The translations under genes were made by a program, and so were the position numbers. Below the pieces are notes generated by a model that saw nothing but the letters and a program-made list of their open reading frames with translations, made no database searches and was not told the DNA's origin. DNA of 62,803 nt, counting the filler, from Atractiella rhizophila (lineage: Eukaryota), in NCBI GenBank assembly GCA_021432655.1. It is 8 parts of 8 records of this genome, joined end to end, with 100 filler letters (N's around TTAATTAATTAA, not from the genome) between each part and the next. Parts side by side here need not be neighbours in the genome. Positions count along the whole stretch, not along the records: positions 36,987 to 45,534 come from MU272146.1; positions 45,635 to 54,176 come from MU272147.1; 6 more parts are not named here. One strand, given 5' to 3'. Shown here piece after piece: positions 40,358 to 51,399 of the stretch. Positions within the stretch are counted from its first letter, which is position 1. Each line of letters begins with the position of its first letter.

Positions 40358-41425
40358 TACATCATGATGCGATAGATGAGTGAGGCTTTGGTGAAGGCAG
40401 GGCTGAAGTCTCTCGGACTGACATATTCAACTTAGATGGGTGCTCTCCAAGGAAGAGGAGGAGAAGGAGGTTGACCATTGGGGATAATTCCATAATATCC
40501 TCCTTGAAGGCTTCCAGGATGATTGGGCCTGAAAGAGCTCTGAAAATCTCTGTGGTAGCAAACATCTTGGCTGGGCTCTTTTTTGGAGGCCAATAAACTG
40601 CAGTGTCTTGCAAACTGGCAGACATGGTCTCCACAGAGGGAAGGGTGATTGAGCTAGCGGTGTTGAAAATAGTGTCTTCAATATCCGAAGTTGAAGAAGC
40701 ATCAGGTCTAAGCAATTGTGCGACAGCAAACGATTTGAGTTCATCAATTACTTTGATTGAAGGAGGGGACTAATTATTTACACCCACGTCGATCCTCTCC
40801 ACCTGATTGTCACGTTGAAGGCGCTTAAACTGTGCTTCCGTTGTCGGAAGACTTGATTGCAAGTTTTTGAGTTCACATCCAATCCTTGTCTGATGTCCTT
40901 CCATGTTTAAATAGCAGCTCAAGCTCTGCAGAAGGATTGCAATAACACCTTAACACCACATTGAAATTTTGTCCACTCCGTAATCACAATCGTCCTCGTA
41001 CAACACTATTTCGTTTCGCTCAAAAGCTCGCACGTCCAACAGGCTGATTTGGGCTGTCTGCATTTGGAGTACAACAAGACACACTGGAGTACAAGGTCTT
41101 TGTGAGAGCGAAGCGACTTCAGAAAGTATATTGTGCCTCTTTCTAGGCAATTGTCATAATTAACAGTTCCTTTCTGATGTTCTTGTGTACAGGCTCTTGA
41201 TGCATTGCTCTGGTGATGTGCTGTCTGCTTATACATCCCTAGAAAGAACTCTTCAATGGATAGAGCAATTGAAAAGCTGAACAAGTACCACTTTCCCTCT
41301 TGTTCCCATAAGGTCTACATCATTACTACTGGCACATACACTCCCTTATCTTCTGCATTCATGGAAATAACACGCTGTCATTGTCAGCAGCTCCATCAAG
41401 CTGCTTTCTTCAACAAGTGATCAGA

Positions 41426-41841
41426 TGTAAAGCAACAAGCGGTTGATGTTTTCAAGAAGGCTTGTTGTTATTGTGGAATTGCAATGATTATTATTTCGCC
41501 TTTTTGAGTCTTTATATACTTGTAGAAACATTATTCTAGAACATTCAAGAAAAAGTAAGATAGTGAGAAACCAGAAAACACGAGACCAAGTAAGAATATT
41601 CTAGAACAAGTAATGACCACTCAACTGAGATGGCAGGATGAACCGAGAACAACAAGGCTTATCACGAGTATTAGCAACGGCATGTGGTGTCGACTGTAAG
41701 GGCCGCTTCCGAACGAACAGCTGCTTCAGCATCGAACTCAACGAACAACACGTACGTTCTACTGAGTTCCACCTATGTTGAGCAGTTATGAGTCATGGTT
41801 GAGAACTCACCCTCAGCCAGCCTGTGCGTCTTCCTTCAACA
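41426..41841. mobile_element. Candidate solo LTR, 416 bp
   Basis: Starts TGTAAAG and ends CTTCAACA, flanked by CAGA on both sides (41422-41425 / 41842-41845). TATATAAAG on the minus strand near 41515. No second copy in the window. Confidence 0.4.
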
Positions 41842-42325
41842 CAGATCAGAATTTATGGGCGTCTCTGGAGTGAAATTTCTGTAAGAGAGAAAGGCGAGAT
41901 AAAAGTTAATCAAGGTGAGTCTATTGACTGTATTGACTGAACTGGCCGCTGTTTGAATGCTGCCAATTCTCTTCGTCTGCTCGCATAAGCCTGATGCAGC
42001 AATGTCAACAAAGACTATATTACTGGTTTTAGCTGACACATCACATGGCGTGAGTCTCTTACAAAGCCAACGTTGTCTTCCAAAACTCGTAATGGTCTTA
42101 CGACTTGCGAGTTCCCCTGTCGTGTTCCATGGCTTGAATTTCATGCCACAAGTGTCAACTAGGGCAAAAATTTGAGTGGAGACTAAGGGAGACAAAGATC
42201 GTTCAGCTCGACAAGCCTTGACCTCAATTGAATACTATGGGACAGGGCGATTGCAGTAACTACAACAAAACGTTGCACAAGTTTGAGAAAGCTGAAGTTC
42301 GCGTCACCAAGTAGATCAACAAGTA

Positions 42326-44554
42326 ATGGGGAAACCTAGAGAGTTGATAGCCAATCCTTTTGGAGAGATTGTGGAAGAAGAAGACGTCAAAAACCCTTTC
42401 GAAGCCGAGAGCCACTCCAGTCATGGATCGGAGGAATCAGATCAGTCTTCACAATTCAACTTTCCCGTAGATGCCGACGAAGCTGAGTCTGAGACGTCTT
42501 TTCATTATCCAGGTCTGTTCGCTTTCGCTTCAACCTCGAGATACCTTGGCATACCGATTCTTATTCTTTGTGTAGCAAGTGATGAAGACAGCACCCAGCA
42601 TATTTCATCAGGTCCTGAGCGTCATTCCCCACCGCCAACATCTGCCTTCCAACACACTCATGAGAGTTTTTTGGAACTACCGCCAGCCAAGGCGTTGACA
42701 TCTCATCTCAATTCTCTGATCCGGCAGGCAAATTTACATAGTCTGGAGCGGCTATTAAGTCCAACGCCGGTCGAAGTGGGATACTGGGAGAAGAAATACA
42801 ACAGTACATGGCCCGGCGCGTTTGAGGTGTGTCAGAACAGTTTACTCGTCCTAATTCTTTCACGTGAAGTGATTTTGACAACCAGATCATCAACGAGGCC
42901 TCTAGCGCCAGTCGCACCGGAGGATCCATCTCGGCAGCAGCATTCGGCAACCTTGAAATACTCAAATTATTGATGAATCATGGTATGTCAGGAGCTGTCG
43001 CAATGCGCTGGGTGATTCGTAGACTAGGTGCGATGCTGAACGTAACCGATCAATCAGGGAAGCTACTTTTTAAAATGAATCAGCTTTTAACGAGACATTT
43101 GTTATTGCAGGCGAAACGGCACTTCATAAAGCCATTCAAAACGATCACCTTCCCTGTGTCGAATTTTTACTCGATCATGAATGTGAAGTGGACATTCAGG
43201 CGGGTCTTTTTTCTGACCGGCTTAAAACTTTTCAAATGCTAATTTGCCTGATCATCAGGACAACGATGGTTGGGCTCCTATTCATGTGGCGTCGGCGAAA
43301 GGCTGGGTGGAAGTGATGGAGTTACTGGCTGGCCATGGCAGTGATCTCAACATAACATCTCGAGTCAGTTGTATGCTACGCCTCGCGAACCGATCTAACC
43401 AAACTTTCACACAGGCCGGATACACGCCTCTTAAGAACGCGTGTGCTCGGGAGCAGAAAGAAGCGGTTTTTTTCCTCCTACGGTACAAAGTCGACCCATT
43501 CATCTCAACCCCAGATGGTTTGACTGCTCTTGCTATTGCTTGTGAAGTATGTGGCGTTGAACCTGAGCGCTGCTGATGACAGAACAGGTGCGGAGCAACA
43601 AGATTTTTGACTCCTTGTCGCGTTATGAATCTAAGATGTACCGTCGCCCTGTCTCCCTCGGTCTCGCTTCTTCTGCCTATACGCCGCTAGCGATACATTG
43701 CGTGTATCGAGTATCAGTCTATGAATATCAACGCCTCGATTTTGCTTCGATCGCAGCAGGGCTTCCAATATTCAGCTACAAAGCACTTAGCAAGAATGAC
43801 AATCGCACACCATACGGAGTGTCACCATCGTTCACTGGAATCAATGATACAGGCAAGGAGATACACATACAGAGCCTGGATGAGATTTGTCTCCCAATGC
43901 CAGAATCACCCGATGAGATTCCGTACTCTGTTCAGCGCTCTTACGTGTCGCCATGGCTCTGGGCATCTGATTGGTTCATCGATGGTGACCTGGCGCAGTC
44001 TGACTCAGAGGGCTGGCAGTATGGAACGTCGTGGAACGGCGAATGGACACGATCAATGCCCGCTGTTAACATCACTTTCCTCAATATACCCAAGGTGTTG
44101 AGGAAACGCAGGCTGGTTCGGATCTTGCGCCGACGGACACCCGGAGTTCTCCCAGACGCCTTACCTGAATTGGGGGCCGAAGATGATTCCGTGCCAAGCA
44201 TCCCGTTGGTTAATGGTTTACCGGTGGTCACTGGTTTTTGGGAAGAAGACCCGAAGGTGCTAGCATGTCGCAATTGTCGATCCATGTTCTCTCTCTTGAA
44301 GCGGAAACATCACTGTCGAATATGTGGTATGTTTTTATACATTTAACGGAATAGTTTATAATTGAATCAATGCTTTAAAGGACTTATCTTCTGCAGAGAT
44401 TGTTCTGACAAAAATGCCACCCTCTTCAAAAGAGATAGTGGTCAAATGTTGAGTGCCAGAGTTTGCAACAACTGTGAGTTGCACTTTGCCGCCGCTGCCA
44501 ATGGTTGTCTTAACGCGGCAACCCACAGGTTTTGCGCAGATACATCCTTCTTGA
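42326..44554 (+). CDS. Ankyrin-repeat + DysF-like + FYVE zinc-finger protein
   Basis: Ankyrins (GETALHKA, DNDGWAPIHVASAKG, GYTPLKNAC, DGLTALAIAC), DysF-like WLWASDWFID..DSEGWQYGTSW..RKRRLVR, and FYVE WEED..C..C..FSLLKRKHHCRICG.IFC..C..RVC..C. Stop TGA at 44552-44554 after the last intron. Confidence 0.88.
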
Positions 44555-45282
44555 CTTCTTGACAACCATCGTAGTAGGCGCCGCAATTCAGTAGCTTGGT
44601 ATAACATATACCTGCGTCCCATTGTACCCGGGCTAACATAACATGGATGGATATGAGAGTCTGCAATCTGAAACTTGAGGTGACAGGACAGACCCGGAAG
44701 GTTGCCATATTGTTAGACAAAGTTTAAACACAGATCATTGATTGTCACCGCCATACGACTATTACATGGATTTTGCTTCTACCGAAAGACCAACAATAAG
44801 GATTGAATTGTGAAGAATTTGCGAAATGAGCTTGTTAGACATCCTCATGATATTTTGGCTCAACTAGCAGTCTATCGCGAGTTACCATGTCACGTCACCA
44901 ATAAAACAAAGGCTATTAGGTGCAGTGTTCGAGTATGCATATATATTTCATGGTGGAGGCAGCTGCCACCTTGAGCTGTGTGCAGCACTTCATGGTTTCC
45001 TCTTGACGGGTCTGGTGGTCATCATCTTTGACTACTCACTCCTATCCCATATCTCCATCCAGGGCTGGGGGCTCTCATGTTAGCAAGGAAGCAATAGACC
45101 AGTTGGAATTGAAGTTTTCAAAATTTGGCACCGATTTGGGTGAAATTTTGGGCATTTATTTAGCCATCTATTGTCTGATTCATGCAGGACTGTGGGATCA
45201 TATTGAGGACCAGCTTACACCGTAATTTGCTTATTTCAACAACAATCTGACAATCTAAACTTAAATTATACTACCATATCTG

Positions 45283-45436
45283 TGTCAGGTTTGCACCTTA
45301 CACAAATCGGCGCCTGTTCATCCGTTTGCATCCTACGCAAATCGGTCTCCGGTCGCCACTTAGCCCAATTGTGTCTATTCTCCTCTTATTAACCCCGTGT
45401 ATTCCCACTGTCACTTTCCCCTTTTAGTTCTCTTAC
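45283..45436 (+). mobile_element. Partial copy of the LTR at 47458-47888, interrupted by another LTR-like sequence
   Basis: TGTCAGGTT..CAAATCGG..CCACTTAGCCCAATTGTG.CTAT.CTCCTCTTATTAAC..TAGTTCTCTTAC aligns with the reverse complement of ~47663-47888. Confidence 0.8.
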
Positions 45437-45534
45437 TGTAAGGATCTAAGGCTAGGAGTGGTTGGTGGTCAATAATGAGGCATTGATGAAGTATAGAGAG
45501 ACATACCTAGGAGTAGTTGGTGGTCAATAATGAG
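45437..45534. mobile_element. Start of a second LTR-like element (TGTAAGG...) with a 28-bp internal repeat, cut by scaffold end
   Basis: Homology to the first LTR stops exactly where TGTAAGG begins. CTAGGAGTRGTTGGTGGTCAATAATGAG occurs at 45452-45479 and 45507-45534. Confidence 0.55.
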
Positions 45535-45634
45535 NNNNNNNNNNNNNNNNNNNNNNNNNNNNNNNNNNNNNNNNNNNNTTAATTAATTAANNNNNNNNNN
45601 NNNNNNNNNNNNNNNNNNNNNNNNNNNNNNNNNN
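45535..45634. other. Artificial scaffold linker
   Basis: N44-TTAATTAATTAA-N44. Confidence 0.97.
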
Positions 45635-45807
45635 ACCCCACTATCGCTCCTCCTCCTCTTGCTCCTAGTTATTTACTATTGGAAGTGAACATATCAAGAA
45701 GGGAGAAGCTACACTGTGAGTGTTTCGTCTTTGGTTCGCTTTGGAGTCCCATTTTGTTGGACTCTGATGGTTCTGCCCTCTCCTGTTGATGTTGGTCCCA
45801 CCTTCAT

Positions 45808-45825
45808 CCCTAACCCTAACCCTAA
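45808..45825. repeat. Interstitial telomere-type repeat (CCCTAA)3
   Basis: CCCTAACCCTAACCCTAA read directly from the sequence. Confidence 0.7.
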
Positions 45826-46065
45826 GCAATATTTTGAGGGTCAGGGGTTCGGCAGGGGCTCTGATGACTGGTGTCGGAATTCATCGAATTGCAGATCTTC
45901 AACAACGGATAACTCGTTCACAGACAAGGCGACGCGAGATGGAGGGATATAAAAATCAGGCTTTCCAACAGCGACGTAGAAAAGAACTAGACGATGTTGA
46001 ATCTGCTCCATCATGATCAGGTCTGGCTCGTTCTAGCGGAGAAGTGTAAATGATGGGTGAGGTTA

Positions 46066-46615
46066 GGGGCAATACGATTTTGGGGCGTGGCAGAACATAA
46101 GGTATTGCCATCTACGAATGGCAGAATGGCAGAACGCTAAATTGCAGTTTCAGAGGATTGTATGCATATTTAGCAGTCAGGCAATATCATTTATTTCAAC
46201 GAAGCATATAATAAAGGGATTCCCACAGCTCAAATGGTCAATTGAGACAGGCATGCTTGCTCGTGACATCTGATCCTGAATCTTGCGCTGTTCAAACCAT
46301 CAAGAAAGCTGCAGGAATGCGTACCACAGGAGATGACCCTCCTTCACTCCTTGAGAAGCGCTCTTCGTTGTGAGTGGATACTCTTGTTTTGGGATTCTCG
46401 TACGGGTTCGATTCGAAAAGAACAACACGAGACAAAACAATTATAATAAAAATAGAGCGCCTCAAATTCAAAGTGAAGCTCAAAATTAAGCTCCCAAAAC
46501 GGCATGGCAGCTAACCGATGTGGCCGCCTGCCTGGCAGAACAATGGTAGAACAAAAAAGTCGCTGTGGCAGAACGTTGGCAATACCTTAATGGCAGAATG
46601 GTAAGGTATTACCCC
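46066..46615. mobile_element. MITE-like element with hairpin-forming terminal modules
   Basis: Perfect 13-bp inverted repeat TAAGGTATTGCCA (46098-46110) / TGGCAATACCTTA (46577-46589). Outer pair GGGGCAATAC / GTATTACCCC. Six TGGCAGAA copies clustered at the ends. Confidence 0.6.
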
Positions 46616-47457
46616 GCACGCTACTAGTCTCACTTTTGGAAATCGACGTGAGCAGAGCTAAGTACGACTTAGTTACATTTGTCCGATCTCGTGCAAACGC
46701 ATGAGCATCAGGAGGTGGAATTCTATGTGTTTATATAGCTTACAATCAAGGTGCTGCGGCAATGCTTCAGGTCGATTCAGTAGATTCGTGTACTTGTATT
46801 ATTGTTGTTGATCTTTGGGCAGCCGCCAAGCATTGTCATCTATAGGTCGCAAGTCGCAGTACCAGGAAGTAGCTCTCATGAAACTTGATGGGATACTATG
46901 CCTAAACAGGCTGGATAACAGCCATTCTAAGGTAAGATGATTGATGCTTGGTTGTACACTAGGTCTCATCCTTCTGTGCATCGGGCCCGTCCTCACTGAT
47001 ACTTTTTGTGCGAACGATTGGCATCGACATCTTCTGGTTTCATAAAAATGTATGCAGCAATTGGGAGGAGCGAGGATGCTTCACAGCAAGAGTCCCGCTG
47101 GTTTCAATACAAGGGAAGCCACTTGGTCTTCCGAGAAAAAGTGACAATACTACAGCTTGAACACATTCTCAAGAGCAAGGGATGTGACATACGAGAGCTA
47201 CGACTCGTCCTTCATAATCAGCGATTCTGCGATCTCTCAAGCTTCGAAATCCCAAGTTTAGGTCCATTTTCTCCTCACCTCCTTTGAGGAGTGTTTGTCA
47301 GATGTTTGATTTGATAAGTGCAAATGCAATGTGGGCCAGAGTTTAAGGATGTTTCTTCTTTTGGTTAGATTATTTTCAAGAAGCGTTTGTTTTTGTTAAG
47401 AAGAGATCTGGGGCACAAGAGCTGGAGGATGTTCTCAGATCACAGACCTCAGCGGGG

Positions 47458-47888
47458 TGTTAGGGCTGACACTATGTGCGGTCGCCGACGGGCGAGGCGT
47501 CTGTAGTGGAGGTAAACCTAAGTGCATGATATGACATGAAGACTAACCTGTAGTGGAGGTAAACCTAAGAGAATACTCTAAGGTCACCTCCACTGCTCTC
47601 TGATCTATATATACAAGCGGAATAACACTGCCACAAAGTGTAGAGGAGAGCAGATGAAACATGTAAGAGAACTAGAAGGGGAAGTAACAGTGGGATTACG
47701 CGGAGTTAATAAGAGGAGGATAGGCACAATTGGGCTAAGTGGTGATGTAGGTGCAAATGGGCGAACGGGCGTCGATTTGCACTGCGTGCAAATAGGCGAC
47801 GGGCGCCGGTTCGCAGGGAATGCAAATAGGCGATAGGAGACGCAATCCGGCGAACGGGCACCGATTTGCGTGAGATGGTAACCTGACA
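47458..47888 (-). mobile_element. Solo LTR, 431 bp
   Basis: TG...CA ends with short IR (TGTTAGG / CCTGACA). 5-bp TSD CGGGG / CAGGG (one transition at CpG). TATATATA near 47606. Homologous partial copy at 45283. Confidence 0.8.
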
Positions 47889-48422
47889 CAGGGATGAAAA
47901 AATATATTCTCAGCAGCATTCAAGCGTTTCAAGTGTGGATGGTACATAGACTTCATCCTATCAAATACCTCTTCTCTGCTCCTTTGACAGGCAAAGCATT
48001 GTTCCACGCCATTGTAATCATGCCACCTCAGAGGAAGCAGACGCAAGGAGGCAAATTGGACAAATTGCGACCCGTACCAATGTGGAGAAGTGGTGGATGC
48101 TGAATTACCTACCTTGAATATCTCTTGCAACAAAACGCTTATAGAGAGCTCGTTCCCGTTCCCTGGTTGCAGAAAAAGACGAACTGTTGCGTGGACTCCG
48201 ACATCTCACATGTTACCACATACTGGGTCATACTGCTTCTCTTTCACTTTTGCTCTCTCTGTTCTTGCATTCTGAAGTCTTGAAGTAAAGTGATCAAAGA
48301 GAAAGAACAGCAACCCCTATTTCGGATGTCCTGCTTGCTGCGAAGTGATAACGACAACCATCATCTACAGCTCCAGTTACGTTACGAGCCGATACGAGCC
48401 TCAGATCATAGACGCTGGCAGC

Positions 48423-49346
48423 ATGTCCTCCCTGCCCCTGCCGTTCGCCATTCCATCCTCCCCAACCGACTCTCCAGCCCCTCAACGTCGGCATCCTCCC
48501 TCGCTCCAAACGCACAGGCCCAAGCGTCCCTTCCACGGCCATGGACCGCTATTACGCACCCCCAGCGCAGGACTCTCTCCCTCCTACTCTCCCGCACTCC
48601 CAGACGCCGACGAGCAGACTCCCCTGCTGCACAGAGACTCCAGGAGTGAAAGTCAGAGTCATACTGAAGGAGATGTCGAGGCTGGAGAGAAGAGACAGTT
48701 GAACCATAGGATCTTGGCATGGACCATGCGGATAACCGTTCTTTTCTTCCTCTCATTTCTTCCTCTTGATCCCCACCCTTCACCTCTCAATTGGGCAGGT
48801 CATGTTCAAGCCTCCTACCGAAGCGCTGGATGTACAATGGACAGATTCATCCTCGTTGGAGCTATTAGGCATAGGAAAGGGTTGATCAGAGGTATTGGTG
48901 CGAGGGGCCTGGAGTACATATCAGCTCGGACTCGCTTCCCTTCCTGTTTAGGCTAGCGTTGAAAGCAGGCATTGGGGAGGAGGGAAGCAAGGCAGAGGTA
49001 GAAGCATACGATCTGTCTGCCGCCGTTTATCTTTCAGGACAGTCAGAAGGAACAAATGGAAAGGAAGTGGCGTCGCTCAGGGTGTTGGATTGTCCGCCTA
49101 TCGAGATTTGACGAGAGCAGTTAATTGATTTGAGGGTCGAGGTCACGACGGGCAGTGGAGCGGAGGAAGCTATCGAAGAGGTGGCAGAGGTGGTCAAGAG
49201 GGGAGGAGGGAATCTCAAAGGCCGCGTTGTGGGCAAACGAGGAGGTGTGAAGGTTCGCGGATTGAAGTTGGGGGGTGAAAGGATGGGGAATTGATGTTAA
49301 AGGAGAAGGTATTATTGTAAGACTGCGAATACTGATGCGAGGTTGA
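48423..49346 (+). pseudogene. Degenerate gene fragment, possibly a single-pass membrane protein
   Basis: Pro/Ser-rich N-terminus with DEQTPLL dileucine-like motif and a hydrophobic stretch. The downstream coding-like frame has an internal TGA at 49109-49111. Confidence 0.35.
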
Positions 49347-50245
49347 AGTTGGGAGAAAACAAGAATATCATTATATATCTTTCTTCCAGACTTCAGCACG
49401 GTTTATATATCTGAGAAAAGTGTGTCAAACAAATTCTAGAAAGTACACCAATGCGTAAGAAATCAATAAGCAAGAAGAAGCGAGAAAAAAATGGATCCCC
49501 TCGAATATGTGGCGTCGCGTCGTTCTTAGTAAGCCGTGAAAGGTGGTGGCAGGCTGAACTTCAACAGGTATGTCTTTCGTGAGCAGAGGGGTGTGTGAGG
49601 GGCGTTTCCTTTCTGTAGTAGCGACGGAAAGAGCAGGTGCAGGGAGCAGGAAGACCCTGGCCACTTTAACGAAGAGAACACTTATTGAATCATGAAGGAG
49701 CCAGGAGGTTGCTCTAATCGTTTTGTCTTGAATGTGTCATGCCCTCTTTGACTAATGGTCAACAAAGCAAATGAATATACACATCTTGGCCACATCATTC
49801 TCCTGTTTCGGTTCAGAAGAATTGGCATAGCGGTAGACTTGTTTATGAAGCAGAGAATTTACTCGCACCTGGATTGCTGAAGCATGTAACTGACCGAGGG
49901 TCAAGAAAACTTTTGCCGCTCCAGATGATCGTTGGACTCCCCAAGGTGGAACCTGCAGGCCCCCCAGGTTTCCTGGCGCGTCGTGTAACTATTTTCGCCA
50001 ACTTCTAGCACGAGCAAGACACCATTTTCTGCCCTTGATATCACTTCAAAGGCTTTTGCTTAACCTCAAAAGCACCTGAAACAAGTTCTTGACCCTTTAT
50101 ACCATCAAAAACTCAACGAAGACCTTTTCCCCACTCCATCCTTGCTTTCCTTAATTTATCTTTGCCAGTATTATGCCTATGAAGCCTTCAAAGGCTCATT
50201 ATTCGCATTTTAAATATTTTTCAGGCATTCGTATTCCGCTCACGT

Positions 50246-50995
50246 GTGCGAGGGGCCTTCAGGTTCCACCTTGGGGGCGCAAGGGATCATCCGGAGCGAG
50301 AGGCGCAATTCTTGACCCTCCCTCGAACTGACGCGAAGATGCGACAGTTCCTGCACTACCACTACTTCCAGAGCCAGCTTCGTTACTCTGGCTGGTTTTA
50401 TGACTTCAAGATGGTAAATAGCACAAAGGGGACGGATACCCAACTCCAATCGTTGGGATTAGACAGTTCGATGATCAAAGAGAAACTGATCAGCCTCACC
50501 GCTCGCGGAATTCTCCTCAATCCGCTTCACCCATCAACAAACTTCTCTAGAAATCTCCCACCATTCCTTCGAAACCTCCAATCTCTCAGATTTGATGTTC
50601 CTTGGACGTTCCCATTTGGGGTCTACTACCCCATCCCTTCTGTAGACGGCCACAGCGTGCCAGATTTTCTCCTCGCCCTTGTAGCGACCATTCCATTCAC
50701 ATTTGACAACTCCCAAAAGGAAATTAATTTAACCATCAGTTCATACCAGCTGTTGTGGTTGAAATATTTACATTCAAAAATGTTCGGGGACGCCTATTTT
50801 GGTCGACGACATCCTCAAGCTTCAACTTCTGCTCAACATCAGAATTCGGCCACTTCAGCACCTGTTCAGCAAATGCAAACTTTCTCAAGCCAAGAGGACG
50901 AGCTAGAGGAAGTCGGCGTTAGAGAGTTGAAATGTGAGTTGGTATCACGCGATGGATATAGTGGTCACAGTTACAATTGGCACATACTGGGTTAA
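50246..50995 (+). CDS. Hypothetical protein
   Basis: 249-codon open frame with globular-like composition. No family recognised; true start and splicing uncertain. Confidence 0.4.
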   Translation: MRGAFRFHLGGARDHPEREAQFLTLPRTDAKMRQFLHYHYFQSQLRYSGWFYDFKMVNSTKGTDTQLQSLGLDSSMIKEKLISLTARGILLNPLHPSTNFSRNLPPFLRNLQSLRFDVPWTFPFGVYYPIPSVDGHSVPDFLLALVATIPFTFDNSQKEINLTISSYQLLWLKYLHSKMFGDAYFGRRHPQASTSAQHQNSATSAPVQQMQTFSSQEDELEEVGVRELKCELVSRDGYSGHSYNWHILG

Positions 50996-51399
50996 TTGAT
51001 GTTAAGGTAATGAATGATACATTGCACTCTGGATAGTTAAAACATGTTCGCTCACTAAACAATTTCAATGGACTGAAAGCCATAAACCATACTCATAATC
51101 TGGCCTTCCTGTCCATAAAACCTCATATACTCATAGCTGATAGCACGACTATACCCGTAAGAGATATCTCTACCATAATAGGGGACGTACTTGTTAACCG
51201 ATGGAGTACTATAGGCCGCAATAGCCTGTAATGACCCTTGCGGATTTTGCTAAGGCAACGACTTAACAAGCCATGAGATGTCTTCGTTTAAGACTTTCAC
51301 TCTCAATTCCTTTGCTTCCGCTCTCCAAATTCCTCCATTCAAGTACCGAATCGACTGATTCCAATGCTCTTTTCCTTCATCCCTGATGAAAGTTGTCCA

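Noticed and set aside
45283..47888. The two homologous LTR copies as TIRs or paired LTRs of one large element
   Set aside because: They are separated by a scaffold linker, and the second copy has its own TSD.
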